DNA of 64,000 nucleotides from Ilumatobacteraceae bacterium (GCA_040005915.1 JBDTYA010000060.1:1510-65509), one strand, 5' to 3'; shown: positions 1 through 9,428, numbered from the stretch's first letter. Program-made: numbers and translations. The notes: generated from the sequence alone by a model not told the origin.

Positions 1-1343
1 ATCTTCACCGACATGTCGGCCATCACATGACGGCCGAAGCGGGCGGCGATCGCGTCGAGGCGACCCTGCAGCGTGACGCCCTCGGCGCTGGCCAGCGCGG
101 CAACCTCGGCCAACAGGACAGCAGCGGTGATGCCGTCCTTGTCGAGCGGCCGGCCGCACACGAGGTAGCCGAGCGCCTGCTCGTATCCGAACACGAAATG
201 CGAGTCGGGTTGGGTGAGAATGGTGTGACCGATCCATTTGAAACCGGTGTAGGTCTCGGCGAACCGCACGCCGTGTTCGGCGGCCATCTTGGCGAGCAGC
301 GAGGACGACACGAGGGTCGTGATCACGAGACGATCGTCGCCCGCCGTGTGCCGCAGGATGTGGTCGCCCAGCAGCCAACCGATCTCGTCACCGAGCAGGC
401 GTCGCCAGCCACCGTCCGGCGTGGGGATGGCTGCGCCCAATCGGTCGGCGTCGGGGTCGTTGCACAGCGCGACCGCCGCATCGCACGACGCGGCCCGAGC
501 CAGCAGCAGGTCCATCGCCCCCGGCTCCTCCGGGTTGGGGAATGCGACAGTGGGGAAGGTGCCGTCGGGCTGTTGCTGCTGGGCCACGACGAACGGCGTG
601 GCAAAGCCGGCGCGATCGAATGCGGCCACCAACGCCTCACCGCCGACGCCGTGCATCGCCGAGTATGCGACTGGCACTCCCTCGACGTCGGGCCGGAGCC
701 GGACCGCGGGAACGGCGGCGAGGTAGGCCTGCACGTAGGAATCGTCCAGCCATTCGATCAGTGGATCGTCGTCGGCCGACAGCGGCACCGAGCACGGATC
801 GATCATGTCGATGCATGCCGCAATCTCGGCATCGACCGGCGACACGATCTGCGCGCCCTTGGAGGTGAACACCTTGTAGCCGTTGTCGGCCGGCGGGTTG
901 TGCGAGGCGGTGACGACGACGCCCGCTGCAGCGCCGACGCCGACGATGTTCCACGCCAGCAATGGCGTCGGCACGACGTGCGGAAAGATCATCGCCCGCA
1001 CGCCACGCGCCGCGCAGACACGTGCCGTATCGCGCGCGAACAAGTCGCTCTTGCGACGGGCGTCGTAGCCGATGATCACGCCGCGTGTCGCTGCATCGGG
1101 CTCGGTGCCGAGCAGGTGGTCGACCAGGCCGGCGGCTGCCTGTTGCACGACCAGGCGATTCATCCGCTGCGGCCCCGCACCCACTGCGGCGCGTAGGCCG
1201 GCGGTGCCGAACTGCAGCCGCCCGTCGAAGCGCACAGCGAGCTCGTCGTCGCCGCCGGCGATCAGGTTCTCCAGCTCCGCACGCATGTCGGCATCGGGTT
1301 CTGCGGCCAACCAGCGGCTCGCCACGCTGCGGAATTCGCTCAT
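1..1343 (-). CDS. alpha-D-phosphohexomutase (phosphomannomutase/phosphoglucomutase family); the 3' end runs off the window
   Basis: Absent from the ORF track because it is open at the window edge. Hand translation of the minus strand from the ATG at 1343 gives MSEFRSVASRWLAAEPDADMRAELENL...IIGYDARRKSDLFARDTARV...GVVVTASHNPPADNGYKVFTSKGAQIVSPVDAEIAACID. This contains the TASHNP phosphoserine loop. The ATG overlaps the stop of the upstream kinase gene (ATGA, 1340-1343). Confidence 0.75.
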   Translation of the reverse strand, partial: MSEFRSVASRWLAAEPDADMRAELENLIAGGDDELAVRFDGRLQFGTAGLRAAVGAGPQRMNRLVVQQAAAGLVDHLLGTEPDAATRGVIIGYDARRKSDLFARDTARVCAARGVRAMIFPHVVPTPLLAWNIVGVGAAAGVVVTASHNPPADNGYKVFTSKGAQIVSPVDAEIAACIDMIDPCSVPLSADDDPLIEWLDDSYVQAYLAAVPAVRLRPDVEGVPVAYSAMHGVGGEALVAAFDRAGFATPFVVAQQQQPDGTFPTVAFPNPEEPGAMDLLLARAASCDAAVALCNDPDADRLGAAIPTPDGGWRRLLGDEIGWLLGDHILRHTAGDDRLVITTLVSSSLLAKMAAEHGVRFAETYTGFKWIGHTILTQPDSHFVFGYEQALGYLVCGRPLDKDGITAAVLLAEVAALASAEGVTLQGRLDAIAARFGRHVMADMSVK

Positions 1344-2320
1344 GGCAAGAGCGTACGCAACTCCACCAATGGCCGCGGACCCACGTGCGAGATCACTTCT
1401 GCCGCCGCAATCGCACCGAACCGGGCGCAATCCGCGAGCGACCGCTGCCGCGTGTAGCCGTAGAGGAACCCGGCGGCGAACAGGTCGCCGGCGCCCGTCG
1501 TGTCGAGCACGTGATCGACCGGTTGGGCCGGTGCATGCAACACGTCGTCGGGCGTGACGACCAGGCAGCCGTCGGCGCCCACGGTGACGACGGCCAACGA
1601 ACAGTCACCGCGGACCGCGTGCACCGCCTCGTCCATCGTCTCGACTTCGTACAGCGACATCAGTTCCGTCTCGTTGCCGAACAGCAGGTCGACCTCGTCG
1701 GTCACCAACTTGCGGAAATCGGTGCGATGGCGATCGACGCAGAACGAGTCGCTGAGCGTCAACGACACCCGGCGATCGTTGGCGTGGGCGATCTGGGCCG
1801 CGTACCGGAAGGCATCCTTGGCCTCATCGCGGTCGTAGAGGTAGCCCTCCATGTACAGCACCTCGCCGGCAGCAACCGTGTCGGGATCGACGTCGGTCGG
1901 GCACAGCAGCGATGACACGCCGAGGTATGTGTTCATCGTCCGTTGCGCATCGGGGGTGACCACGATGATGCAGCGGCCCGTGGGCGTGCCGTCGGCAGGC
2001 GCGCCAGGCCGGAACTGCACGCCGACCGCCCGGCAGTCGTGGCCGAAGACACGCCCGAGCTCGTCGTCGCTGACCTTGCCGATGTACGCCGCGGCGCCCC
2101 CGAACGATGCCACTCCGCACATCGTGTTGGCCGCGGACCCGCCGCTCATCTCGATGGCGCCACCCAAGGCCTCGTAGATCTCCAACGCCCGATCGGTGTC
2201 GACCAGCGTCATCGACCCCTTCACGAGGGCATGTCTGCCGATGAACGCATCGTCGGAATGTGCGATGACATCGACCAGCGCATTGCCGATCCCGACGACG
2301 TCATAGCGAATTCCCGGCAC
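1340..2320 (-). CDS. adenosine kinase / PfkB-family carbohydrate kinase
   Basis: Track ORF 1340..2377. Motifs YDVVGIGNALVDV, SGGSAANT and a C-terminal DTTGAGDLFAAGFLYG are PfkB signatures. The likely start is the GTG at 2320 (VPGIRYDVVGIG), which avoids overlapping the divergent pepN gene. Confidence 0.75.
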   Translation of the reverse strand: MPGIRYDVVGIGNALVDVIAHSDDAFIGRHALVKGSMTLVDTDRALEIYEALGGAIEMSGGSAANTMCGVASFGGAAAYIGKVSDDELGRVFGHDCRAVGVQFRPGAPADGTPTGRCIIVVTPDAQRTMNTYLGVSSLLCPTDVDPDTVAAGEVLYMEGYLYDRDEAKDAFRYAAQIAHANDRRVSLTLSDSFCVDRHRTDFRKLVTDEVDLLFGNETELMSLYEVETMDEAVHAVRGDCSLAVVTVGADGCLVVTPDDVLHAPAQPVDHVLDTTGAGDLFAAGFLYGYTRQRSLADCARFGAIAAAEVISHVGPRPLVELRTLLP

Positions 2321-2366
2321 GTCGGTGCAGGTTACTGGGCACAGTCGCCGCGGATACGCTCCATGC

Positions 2367-4871
2367 GTGAGCGACAATCCCTACCGCCTTCCCCACACCG
2401 TTGTTCCAAGCCGTTACCGTCTTGCGCTCGAGCCCGATCTCGAGACCGCGACGTTCTCCGGGACGGTGTCGATCGACGTGACGGTTTCGCAGGCGGTCCG
2501 TTCGTTCGCGCTCAACGCCGACGAGCTGGAGATCGTCTCGGTCACGGTCGACGGCGCAGCGGCCGCTTTCCACCTGGAGTCTGACACCGAGCGACTCGTC
2601 ATCGGCGCCACGGTCGAACCCGGTGAGTCGGTCGTCGACATCACGTTCACCGGCGCGCTCAACGACAAGCTGCGCGGTTGGTACCGAAGCACGTTCAACG
2701 ACGCCGACGGCAACCAGCGCGTCATCGCCACGACCCAGATGCAGGCCACCGATTGCCGCCGTGCGTTCCCGTGCTTCGACGAGCCGGAGTTCAAGGCGGT
2801 GTTCGAGATCACGCTCGTGATCCAGCCGGATCTGTTGGCGGTCTCGAACGGGCCCGAGACCGGCAGGACGATCCGCGACGACGGCAAGCACGTCGTCGTG
2901 TTCAAGCCGACGATGGTCATGAGCACCTACCTGGTCGCGTTCGTGGTCGGCCCGCTCGAGGCCACGGATCCGGTCGATGTCGATGGCATCCCGCTGCGCG
3001 TCGTGCACGTGCCGGGCAAGGGCCACCTCACCGGCTTCGCCCTCGAGATCGGCGCCTACTCGCTGCGCTGGTACCAGAAGTACTACGGCATCCCCTACCC
3101 AAGCGACAAGGTCGACATGCTGGCGCTGCCCGACTTCGCCGCGGGGGCGATGGAGAACCTCGGTTGTATCACCTACCGAGAGAGCCTGCTGCTGGCCGAC
3201 CCCAAGACGGCGACGCAGTACGAGTTGCAGAACCTCGCCGATGTCGTCGCCCACGAGGTGGCCCACATGTGGTTCGGCGACCTCGTGACCATGCGTTGGT
3301 GGAACGGCATCTGGCTGAACGAGGCGTTCGCGACGTTCATGGAGATCGCCTGCTGCGATGCGTTCAGGCCCGACTGGCAACGCTGGACGACCTTCAGCCT
3401 CGAACGCAGCGCGGCGTTCGAGACCGACTCGCTGGCCAGCACGCGCTCGGTCGAGTTCCCGGTCGAGGCGCCGGCCGATTGCGACGGCATGTTCGACGTC
3501 TTGACGTACCAGAAGGGTGGGTCGCTGCTGCGGATGCTCGAGCAGTACCTCGGCGCCGAAGGTTTCCGCCAGGGCATCAGCCTCTACCTCGAGACCCACG
3601 CCTACGGCAACACCGAGACAGGCGATCTGTGGGACGCGATCGAGCGGGCCAATCCCAGCGTGCCCGTGCGGACCTTGATGGATTCGTGGATCTGGCAGCC
3701 CGGCTACCCGCTGGTCTCGGCGCGACTCGACGGGAACGAACTGGTGTTGAACCAGCAGCGGTTCGCCTATGTCGACACCGATGACCCCACCGTGTTCGTC
3801 GTGCCGATCCATCTGGCAGTCGACGGCAAGCAGACCAAGCTGCTGCTCGATGCGGCGCAGGTCCGCGTCACCCTGCCGTCATCCGAGGCGACGGTCGTCG
3901 TCAACGCCGGTGGTCACGGCTTCATGCGTGTCGCCTACGACGACACGCTGCGCGCCCGGATCAACGGCGAAACGCTGACGAGCCTGACGGTCATCGATCG
4001 GTACAACCTCGTCGACGATGGATGGAACGCAGTCATCACCGGTCGGCTGCCGGCCGCCGAGTTCCTCAGCTTCGTCGAGGGGTTCCAGAGCGACCGCGAC
4101 CTCGCGGTGTGGCAGGCGATCGCGGTGGGACTGCGCGGCCTCGGCCGCCTCGTCGATGGGCCTGCGTACGCCGCGCTACAGAAGCGGATCGCCGATCTCG
4201 TTCGGCCGGTCGTCGCCGACCTCGGATGGGCGCCGCAGGACGACGAGTCGGATCTGACATCGAAGCTACGTGGCCTGTTGGTCGCGGTGCTCGCTATCCA
4301 GGGCAACGATGCGGATGCCCAGGCCCGGTGCCGGGCGATGTTGGACGACGGGTCGACCGATCCCGAGCTGGCCGCAGCCGCGGCGGCGGCTGTCGCCTCG
4401 ATCGGCACCGACGCCGACTACGACCAGTACCTCCAACGGTTCCGCGAGGCCGGCACCCCACAGCTTCGGCTGCGATACATGTTCGCGCTCGCCGAGTTCC
4501 CCGAGGAGGCCCAGATCCGCCGCACCATCGACCTGGCGCTGTCGGGCGACGTCAAGACGCAGGATGCGCCGTTCCTGCTGAACCGCTGTATCGCCAACCG
4601 CCAGAACGGTGAGATGTCGTGGGCGATCGTCCGCAAGCTGTGGCCCGACCTGCTGGAGCGGTTCCCCAACAACACCATCGTGCGCATGGTCGGATCGATC
4701 ACCACGCTCACGACACCGCATCTCGTCGCCGACGTGCAGGGATTCTTCTCCGAGCACCCGATTCCCCAGGCCACGAAGACGCTCGAGCAACTGCTCGAAC
4801 GCCAACGTGTCAACGCCGACCTACGGGCCCGCGAGTCCGAGCCGCTCGCCGCGGCGTTGGGCGCCGGCTAG
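2367..4871 (+). CDS. pepN: aminopeptidase N (M1 zinc metallopeptidase)
   Basis: Track ORF 2325..4871. It has GAMEN (FAAGAMENLG), HEXXH (HEVAHMWFGD) and a downstream WLNEAFA glutamate motif. The probable start is the GTG at 2367 (VSDNPYRLP). Confidence 0.9.
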   Translation: MSDNPYRLPHTVVPSRYRLALEPDLETATFSGTVSIDVTVSQAVRSFALNADELEIVSVTVDGAAAAFHLESDTERLVIGATVEPGESVVDITFTGALNDKLRGWYRSTFNDADGNQRVIATTQMQATDCRRAFPCFDEPEFKAVFEITLVIQPDLLAVSNGPETGRTIRDDGKHVVVFKPTMVMSTYLVAFVVGPLEATDPVDVDGIPLRVVHVPGKGHLTGFALEIGAYSLRWYQKYYGIPYPSDKVDMLALPDFAAGAMENLGCITYRESLLLADPKTATQYELQNLADVVAHEVAHMWFGDLVTMRWWNGIWLNEAFATFMEIACCDAFRPDWQRWTTFSLERSAAFETDSLASTRSVEFPVEAPADCDGMFDVLTYQKGGSLLRMLEQYLGAEGFRQGISLYLETHAYGNTETGDLWDAIERANPSVPVRTLMDSWIWQPGYPLVSARLDGNELVLNQQRFAYVDTDDPTVFVVPIHLAVDGKQTKLLLDAAQVRVTLPSSEATVVVNAGGHGFMRVAYDDTLRARINGETLTSLTVIDRYNLVDDGWNAVITGRLPAAEFLSFVEGFQSDRDLAVWQAIAVGLRGLGRLVDGPAYAALQKRIADLVRPVVADLGWAPQDDESDLTSKLRGLLVAVLAIQGNDADAQARCRAMLDDGSTDPELAAAAAAAVASIGTDADYDQYLQRFREAGTPQLRLRYMFALAEFPEEAQIRRTIDLALSGDVKTQDAPFLLNRCIANRQNGEMSWAIVRKLWPDLLERFPNNTIVRMVGSITTLTTPHLVADVQGFFSEHPIPQATKTLEQLLERQRVNADLRARESEPLAAALGAG

Positions 4872-6478
4872 GACAGGGTCTCGACCTGCATCTGCTCGTC
4901 GGCGTGCCGGGCTCGCAGCACCTTCTTGTCGAACTTGCCGACGCTGGTCTTGGGCACCTCGGTGATGAACGCCCACCTCTCGGGAAGCCAGAACTTGGCA
5001 GTGCGCTCGGACAGCCAGACTCGTAGATCGGCGGCGGTGATGTCGGAGTCGGATCTGCGCACCACGCAGGCCAGCGGACGCTCGCCCCAGCGATCGTCGG
5101 GAACGCCGATCACCGCAGCCTCGGCGATGTCGGGGTGCCCCATCAACGTGTTCTCGAGGTCGACCGACGACACCCATTCGCCGCCGGACTTGATCACGTC
5201 CTTGGCACGATCACTGATCATGACGTATCCGTTGGCCGATACCGAGGCGACGTCGCCGGTGCGCAGCCAGCCGTCGTGGAACCTGTCGGGATCGTCGACC
5301 AGGTAGTACGAGGCGGTGACCCACGGGCCGCGAACCTCGATCTCCCCCAGCGATTCACCGTCCCAGGGAACCGTCGCACCGCTGTCGTCGGTGATCCGCA
5401 ACTCGACGCCCGGCAGGATGCGGCCGGTGCGGGTGCGCCACGTGACCTCGTCGTCTCCGGCCATGTCCTTGGGCGGATGTCCGATGGTGCACACCGGGCT
5501 GGTCTCTGTCATGCCCCAGCCCTGCACGATCGGCACATCGAACGTTTCGAAGTACCCCTCGATCAATGCCCGTGGCACGGCCGATCCGCCGCACATCACC
5601 AGTCGCAGCGAAGACAGGTCGGCGTCGCTGCCGTTGCGCAACAGATCGATGAGCACTGTCGGCACCGCACCGGTCAGTGTCGGACGGGTCTCCTCGATGA
5701 TCCTGGCGAGCGGCGCGGCCTGCAGGAACTGCTGCGGGAACACCAGATCGGCGCCGACCATCCACGCCGCGTACGGGGTTCCCCACGCGTTGGCGTGGAA
5801 CATCGGCACGATGACGAGCATCCGGTCGCTCTCGGCCAGGGCGATGTTGGCCGTCGAGGTGACCATCAGCGAGTGCAGATAGGTGCTGCGGTGGCTGTAC
5901 ATCACACCCTTGGGATTGCCCGTCGTGCCGCTCGTGTAGCACATTGCCATTCCCGTGCGTTCGTCGAGGTCGGGGTACTCGAAGCCCGGCTCCTCGGCTG
6001 CGAGCAGGGTGTCGTAGTCGAGCGTCTCACCGAGGCCCGTCGTGTCGCCGCTGCCCTTGACGATGATGTGCTTGACCGTCGTGAGCTGGTCGCGGACCTT
6101 GGCCAACAGCGGGATGATGGACGCATCGACGATGATGACCTGGTCCTCGGCGTGATTGATGACGAAGCTGAGCTGATCGGGGAACAGGCGAACGTTCAGC
6201 GTGTGCAGTACGGCGCCCATGCACGGCACCGCCAGGTACGCCTCGAGGTGTGTCTGGTTGTTCCACATGAACGTGCCGACACGGTCACCGGCCCGCACGC
6301 CGAGGCGCGTCAGAGCCGCCGCCAACCGGTCGGCGCGGTCGGCGACCTCGGCGAACGTCGCCTCGACGTAGCCGTCGCCGGTGAAGGTGATGACCTTGCT
6401 GCCGGCGTGGACCGTGCGCCCGTGTTGCAGGATCGGCGTCATCGTCAATGGGTAGTCCTGCATGGTGCTGAGCGGCAT
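4868..6478 (-). CDS. long-chain fatty-acid--CoA ligase (AMP-binding enzyme)
   Basis: Inner part of track ORF 4868..6850. The start is MPLSTMQDYPL at 6478. The AMP-binding motif YTSGTTGNPKGV and the GWGMTE and GDV...DRAKDVIKSGGEWVSS motifs are present. Confidence 0.85.
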   Translation of the reverse strand: MPLSTMQDYPLTMTPILQHGRTVHAGSKVITFTGDGYVEATFAEVADRADRLAAALTRLGVRAGDRVGTFMWNNQTHLEAYLAVPCMGAVLHTLNVRLFPDQLSFVINHAEDQVIIVDASIIPLLAKVRDQLTTVKHIIVKGSGDTTGLGETLDYDTLLAAEEPGFEYPDLDERTGMAMCYTSGTTGNPKGVMYSHRSTYLHSLMVTSTANIALAESDRMLVIVPMFHANAWGTPYAAWMVGADLVFPQQFLQAAPLARIIEETRPTLTGAVPTVLIDLLRNGSDADLSSLRLVMCGGSAVPRALIEGYFETFDVPIVQGWGMTETSPVCTIGHPPKDMAGDDEVTWRTRTGRILPGVELRITDDSGATVPWDGESLGEIEVRGPWVTASYYLVDDPDRFHDGWLRTGDVASVSANGYVMISDRAKDVIKSGGEWVSSVDLENTLMGHPDIAEAAVIGVPDDRWGERPLACVVRRSDSDITAADLRVWLSERTAKFWLPERWAFITEVPKTSVGKFDKKVLRARHADEQMQVETLS

Positions 6479-6595
6479 CAGTTTCCCCTCGTCGCGTGGT
6501 GCGGTCACGTTAGCCCGCCCAATTCGATAGGCCGAATGGATCAAGTTTCTTGACACTCGAGCCGAAAGATCGAGTCGTATGGCAGGATTCTGCGA

Positions 6596-7699
6596 ATGAG
6601 TGTGGGGGCTGCAGCGGGAGTCGACGACTCGACGCGCCTGCGCCCGCCTCTGGCACCGACGACCGAGCGCTATTTCGTCAACGCCCCGGTCGACGCCCTG
6701 GTGATCGGCGGAGCTTCGCTGCTGTTGTACGCGGCCTTCCGCTTCCGTCCCGCGCTGGCCTCCTCGCCGTCTGTCGCCTCGATCGCCGCGACGCTCGTGT
6801 GGGTCTGCAACTATCCCCACTTCGCCTCGACCAACTACCGGCTCTATCACTCACGAGCGTCGATCGGGCAATACCCGCTCACCAGTTACGTCACGCCTCT
6901 GATGGTGACTGCGGCGGTGATCAGTTGCTACCTCTCACCCAACGGCGTGGCTCCGATGTTCGTCAAGCTCTACCTGCTGTGGTCGCCGTATCACTTCTCG
7001 GGCCAGACGCTGGGCATCACCTTGGTCTATGCCCGCAGGACCGGATTCGTCATCGACGGCTGGCTGCGGCGTTGCTTGACATCGTTCATCTTCCTCACCT
7101 TCCTGGTCGAGAACGCTTGGGCCGAGGTCGGCCGCCACGTCAATCCGTTCTACGGCGTCCAGTACCCCACGTTGGGCGTGCCGGTGTGGTTGCCGCAGCT
7201 GCTGACCAAGCTGATGTGGATTGCGCTCGCCGCGACGATCGCCCTGCTGATGTGGAAGATCGCCAACGCCGGGCTGCGGATTCCGTTGATCATCCTGCTA
7301 CCGGCCTTCACTCAATACGTGTGGTTCGTCGCCACCCCGGCCGGGCAATTCGCATACATGGTGCCGTTCTTCCACTCGCTGCAGTACCTCCTCATCGCCT
7401 GGAGCGTGCAGCTGAAGGAAGGACTCGGCGAGCACAGGCGAACACCCTCGGTGCGATACGTCTGGACAGAATCGTCGCGTTGGATGGCGATCAACATCGC
7501 CGGCGGGTACGCCTTGTTCTGGATGCTCCCCCACTTGGGCTCCCACTTCGGCCAACCGCTGGTGTTCAGCACCGCTGTCATGCTGGCCGGGATCCAGATC
7601 CACCACTTCTTCGTCGACGGCGTGATCTGGCGGCTGCACAACCCGGCCGCCCGCTCGCCGTTGTCGTCCTCGCTGCGCGCGGTGAGCGGACGCCTGTGA
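6596..7699 (+). CDS. polytopic membrane protein with four His-containing motifs, function unknown
   Basis: 367 aa with many hydrophobic segments. His motifs are NYPHFAST, WSPYHFSGQ, FFHSLQYL and IQIHHFFVDGVIWR. I do not recognise a family. Confidence 0.6.
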   Translation: MSVGAAAGVDDSTRLRPPLAPTTERYFVNAPVDALVIGGASLLLYAAFRFRPALASSPSVASIAATLVWVCNYPHFASTNYRLYHSRASIGQYPLTSYVTPLMVTAAVISCYLSPNGVAPMFVKLYLLWSPYHFSGQTLGITLVYARRTGFVIDGWLRRCLTSFIFLTFLVENAWAEVGRHVNPFYGVQYPTLGVPVWLPQLLTKLMWIALAATIALLMWKIANAGLRIPLIILLPAFTQYVWFVATPAGQFAYMVPFFHSLQYLLIAWSVQLKEGLGEHRRTPSVRYVWTESSRWMAINIAGGYALFWMLPHLGSHFGQPLVFSTAVMLAGIQIHHFFVDGVIWRLHNPAARSPLSSSLRAVSGRL

Positions 7700-8685
7700 G
7701 GCGCTCCCTGGCCGCGGTCGGCCTGACGTGTCTCGGCCTGTTGATGTTCGCCACACCGTGCAGCGCCTACACACCTCCCGAAACCGATCCGCGCATCGTG
7801 ATCGACACGTCGGAAGGCAAGATCCTCGTCGCTCTCGCGCCCGAGAACGCCCCGCAGCACGTGAAGGAGTTCCTCATTGCGTTAGCAGCCGGCGATTTCG
7901 AGGGTGCCGGCGTGGTGCGCGTGGCACCCGCGTTCTACGCACAGGTCGTCGGAGGTCTGGGCGCCGCTCGACTCGCCGGCTTGCCCGTCGAACGCCTGAA
8001 GGTCGGCAACGTTCGCGGTGCCCTCAGCGTGTACGACAGTGGCAAGCCAGGAGACGCGCCGACGCTGATGTTCGTGCTCGTGAAGAGCCCTCAGCTCGAT
8101 ACCGACTACACCTCGATCGGATTCGTCGAAGCCGGCCGGAGCGTGTTGCAGCAGATCGCCGGCACGCCGACCGTCGGTGATCATCAGCCGACCAAGACGA
8201 TCACGATCACCGGCATCCACGAGGCGACGCCGCAGGAGCGAGCGATCCTGCGTCAGAGCGAAGCGGCGATCAACGCCGACGACGACGGTACCTCCGCGCT
8301 GGCAGCGGTCTTCATCGTTGCCTGCGCCGGCTTCCTTGCCGCGCTGATCTCGGCGTTCTACCACCGGCTCGGCAAGCAGCGCGCCACATCGCTCGCGCTG
8401 GTCGTTGCACTGGTCGCATTCTTCGCGGTCTGGGTGGCGGTGGGCGGCGGGCGGCACGCCTCGGGCCTCGCGGGTGTGGGCCTCTTCGCCGGCGCGGTGG
8501 GGATGTTCAGACTGATGGGTCGGTTCGAACGACCGACGCCGAACAGATCAGGCCGCGTCACGCAACCAGGTCAGCTCGCCGATCGCGAATCGAACGCCGA
8601 GGCCCGGATCGATGAGCCGCAACGCCATCTCGAGGTCGTCCTCGCCCAGCGAGACGCAACCACTGGTCGGTTTGGACGAACCTGA
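7696..8685 (+). CDS. exported cyclophilin-like (PPIase-fold) protein with C-terminal transmembrane anchors; catalytic motifs degenerate
   Basis: Last 329 codons of track ORF 6550..8685. The GTG start overlaps the upstream stop (GTGA, 7696-7699). There is a signal-like N-terminus (LAAVGLTCLGLLMFATPCSA). Cyclophilin-like blocks are IVIDTSEGKILVALAPENAPQHVKEFL and GALSVYDSGKPGDAPTLMFVLVKSPQLDTDYTSIGFVEAG. Three hydrophobic helices follow. Confidence 0.55.
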   Translation: MRRSLAAVGLTCLGLLMFATPCSAYTPPETDPRIVIDTSEGKILVALAPENAPQHVKEFLIALAAGDFEGAGVVRVAPAFYAQVVGGLGAARLAGLPVERLKVGNVRGALSVYDSGKPGDAPTLMFVLVKSPQLDTDYTSIGFVEAGRSVLQQIAGTPTVGDHQPTKTITITGIHEATPQERAILRQSEAAINADDDGTSALAAVFIVACAGFLAALISAFYHRLGKQRATSLALVVALVAFFAVWVAVGGGRHASGLAGVGLFAGAVGMFRLMGRFERPTPNRSGRVTQPGQLADRESNAEARIDEPQRHLEVVLAQRDATTGRFGRT

Positions 8686-9384
8686 CGCCGAGTACGAGTT
8701 GCGGTGCAGGAAGATGGCGGCCGCGAGCGCCGGCTCGCCCGGCGCGTCACCGGAGACCGGGTCGAGGTTTGCGCCGATCACCGCGGCGTGCCCGTAGACG
8801 TCGCCGATGCCTGCGAGCCACTCGCTGGGCGAAGCGCATCCCGGCGAATTGATCAGTCGCTGGTATGACGGAGTGTGCGGCGTGGCGCCCCAGCAATCCT
8901 CGTTCCTCACCTGACGGTACGAACCGCGGACACCGATGTCGGTGCGGTTGCCGAAGAACTGGAACTGCTGGCCGTCCCACGCCTGCACGCTGCCGAGCGG
9001 GAATGATCCCGCCGGCGTCGTTCCGTCGCCCGATCGGCGATCTGCCAGGACCCGGGAACCGCTCGCGCCGAGCCGAGCCACGACCGGCGCCTGCTGGCAC
9101 AGCCACTGGCCCGAGATCGACCGCGCCACGATCTGCAATGTGGCCGTGGTCGCTGCCCACGAGTCGGAGGCGACGATCACGAACTGCCTCGTTGCCGGAT
9201 GGCGCGACGCCAGGGCTCGGGTCGTCACCATGTCGCACGATGCTGCGGGCGAGAACATCGCATCGCGGATGGCCTGCCGAGATCCGATCGCCGGAGCGAT
9301 GACGGATGCAGCATCGGTGCCGTGGCCGGCGAGCGGCCCGGCGAGCACGATGACGATCGCCGCAGCGATACAACGCCGATCCAT
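8548..9384 (-). CDS. secreted L,D-transpeptidase-like (YkuD-fold) protein
   Basis: 278 aa with a signal peptide (MDRRCIAAAIVIVLAGPLAG). The C-terminal segment IFLHRNSYSASGSSKPTSGCVSL resembles the His...Ser-x-Gly-Cys catalytic motif of YkuD domains. Confidence 0.5.
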   Translation of the reverse strand: MDRRCIAAAIVIVLAGPLAGHGTDAASVIAPAIGSRQAIRDAMFSPAASCDMVTTRALASRHPATRQFVIVASDSWAATTATLQIVARSISGQWLCQQAPVVARLGASGSRVLADRRSGDGTTPAGSFPLGSVQAWDGQQFQFFGNRTDIGVRGSYRQVRNEDCWGATPHTPSYQRLINSPGCASPSEWLAGIGDVYGHAAVIGANLDPVSGDAPGEPALAAAIFLHRNSYSASGSSKPTSGCVSLGEDDLEMALRLIDPGLGVRFAIGELTWLRDAA

Positions 9385-9428
9385 GTCGGAGCAGTCTATG
9401 GGGGCTGCTGCAGCCCGGCCGGCGGCGC

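Noticed and set aside
27-1196. 389-aa plus-strand ORF, plus several 60-145-aa ORFs in the first 1.3 kb
   Set aside because: They are antisense or alternate-frame shadows of the minus-strand phosphohexomutase gene. They have Arg/Gly/Ala-rich composition and no motifs, while the minus frame carries TASHNP.
2301-3812. 503-aa minus-strand ORF opposite pepN
   Set aside because: It is an antisense shadow; pepN carries GAMEN and HEXXH in the plus frame. The same reasoning rejects 2678..3784 and the other small ORFs within 2.3-4.9 kb.
5135-6553. 472-aa plus-strand ORF, and the N-terminal 124 codons of ORF 4868..6850
   Set aside because: The plus ORF is antisense to the acyl-CoA ligase. The extension upstream of MPLSTMQDY is Arg/Gly-rich, has no homology-like features, and would consume the divergent promoter region.
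6479-6595. TTGACA at about 6549, considered as a promoter -35 element for the membrane protein gene
   Set aside because: No convincing -10 hexamer lies at the proper spacing, and a single hexamer match is not evidence.
6550-7695. First ~380 codons of the 711-aa ORF 6550..8685
   Set aside because: This is an alternate frame of the membrane protein gene 6596..7699. It is Arg/Pro/Leu-rich with no hydrophobic periodicity. Only the part after the GTG at 7696 looks like a real protein (signal peptide plus cyclophilin fold).
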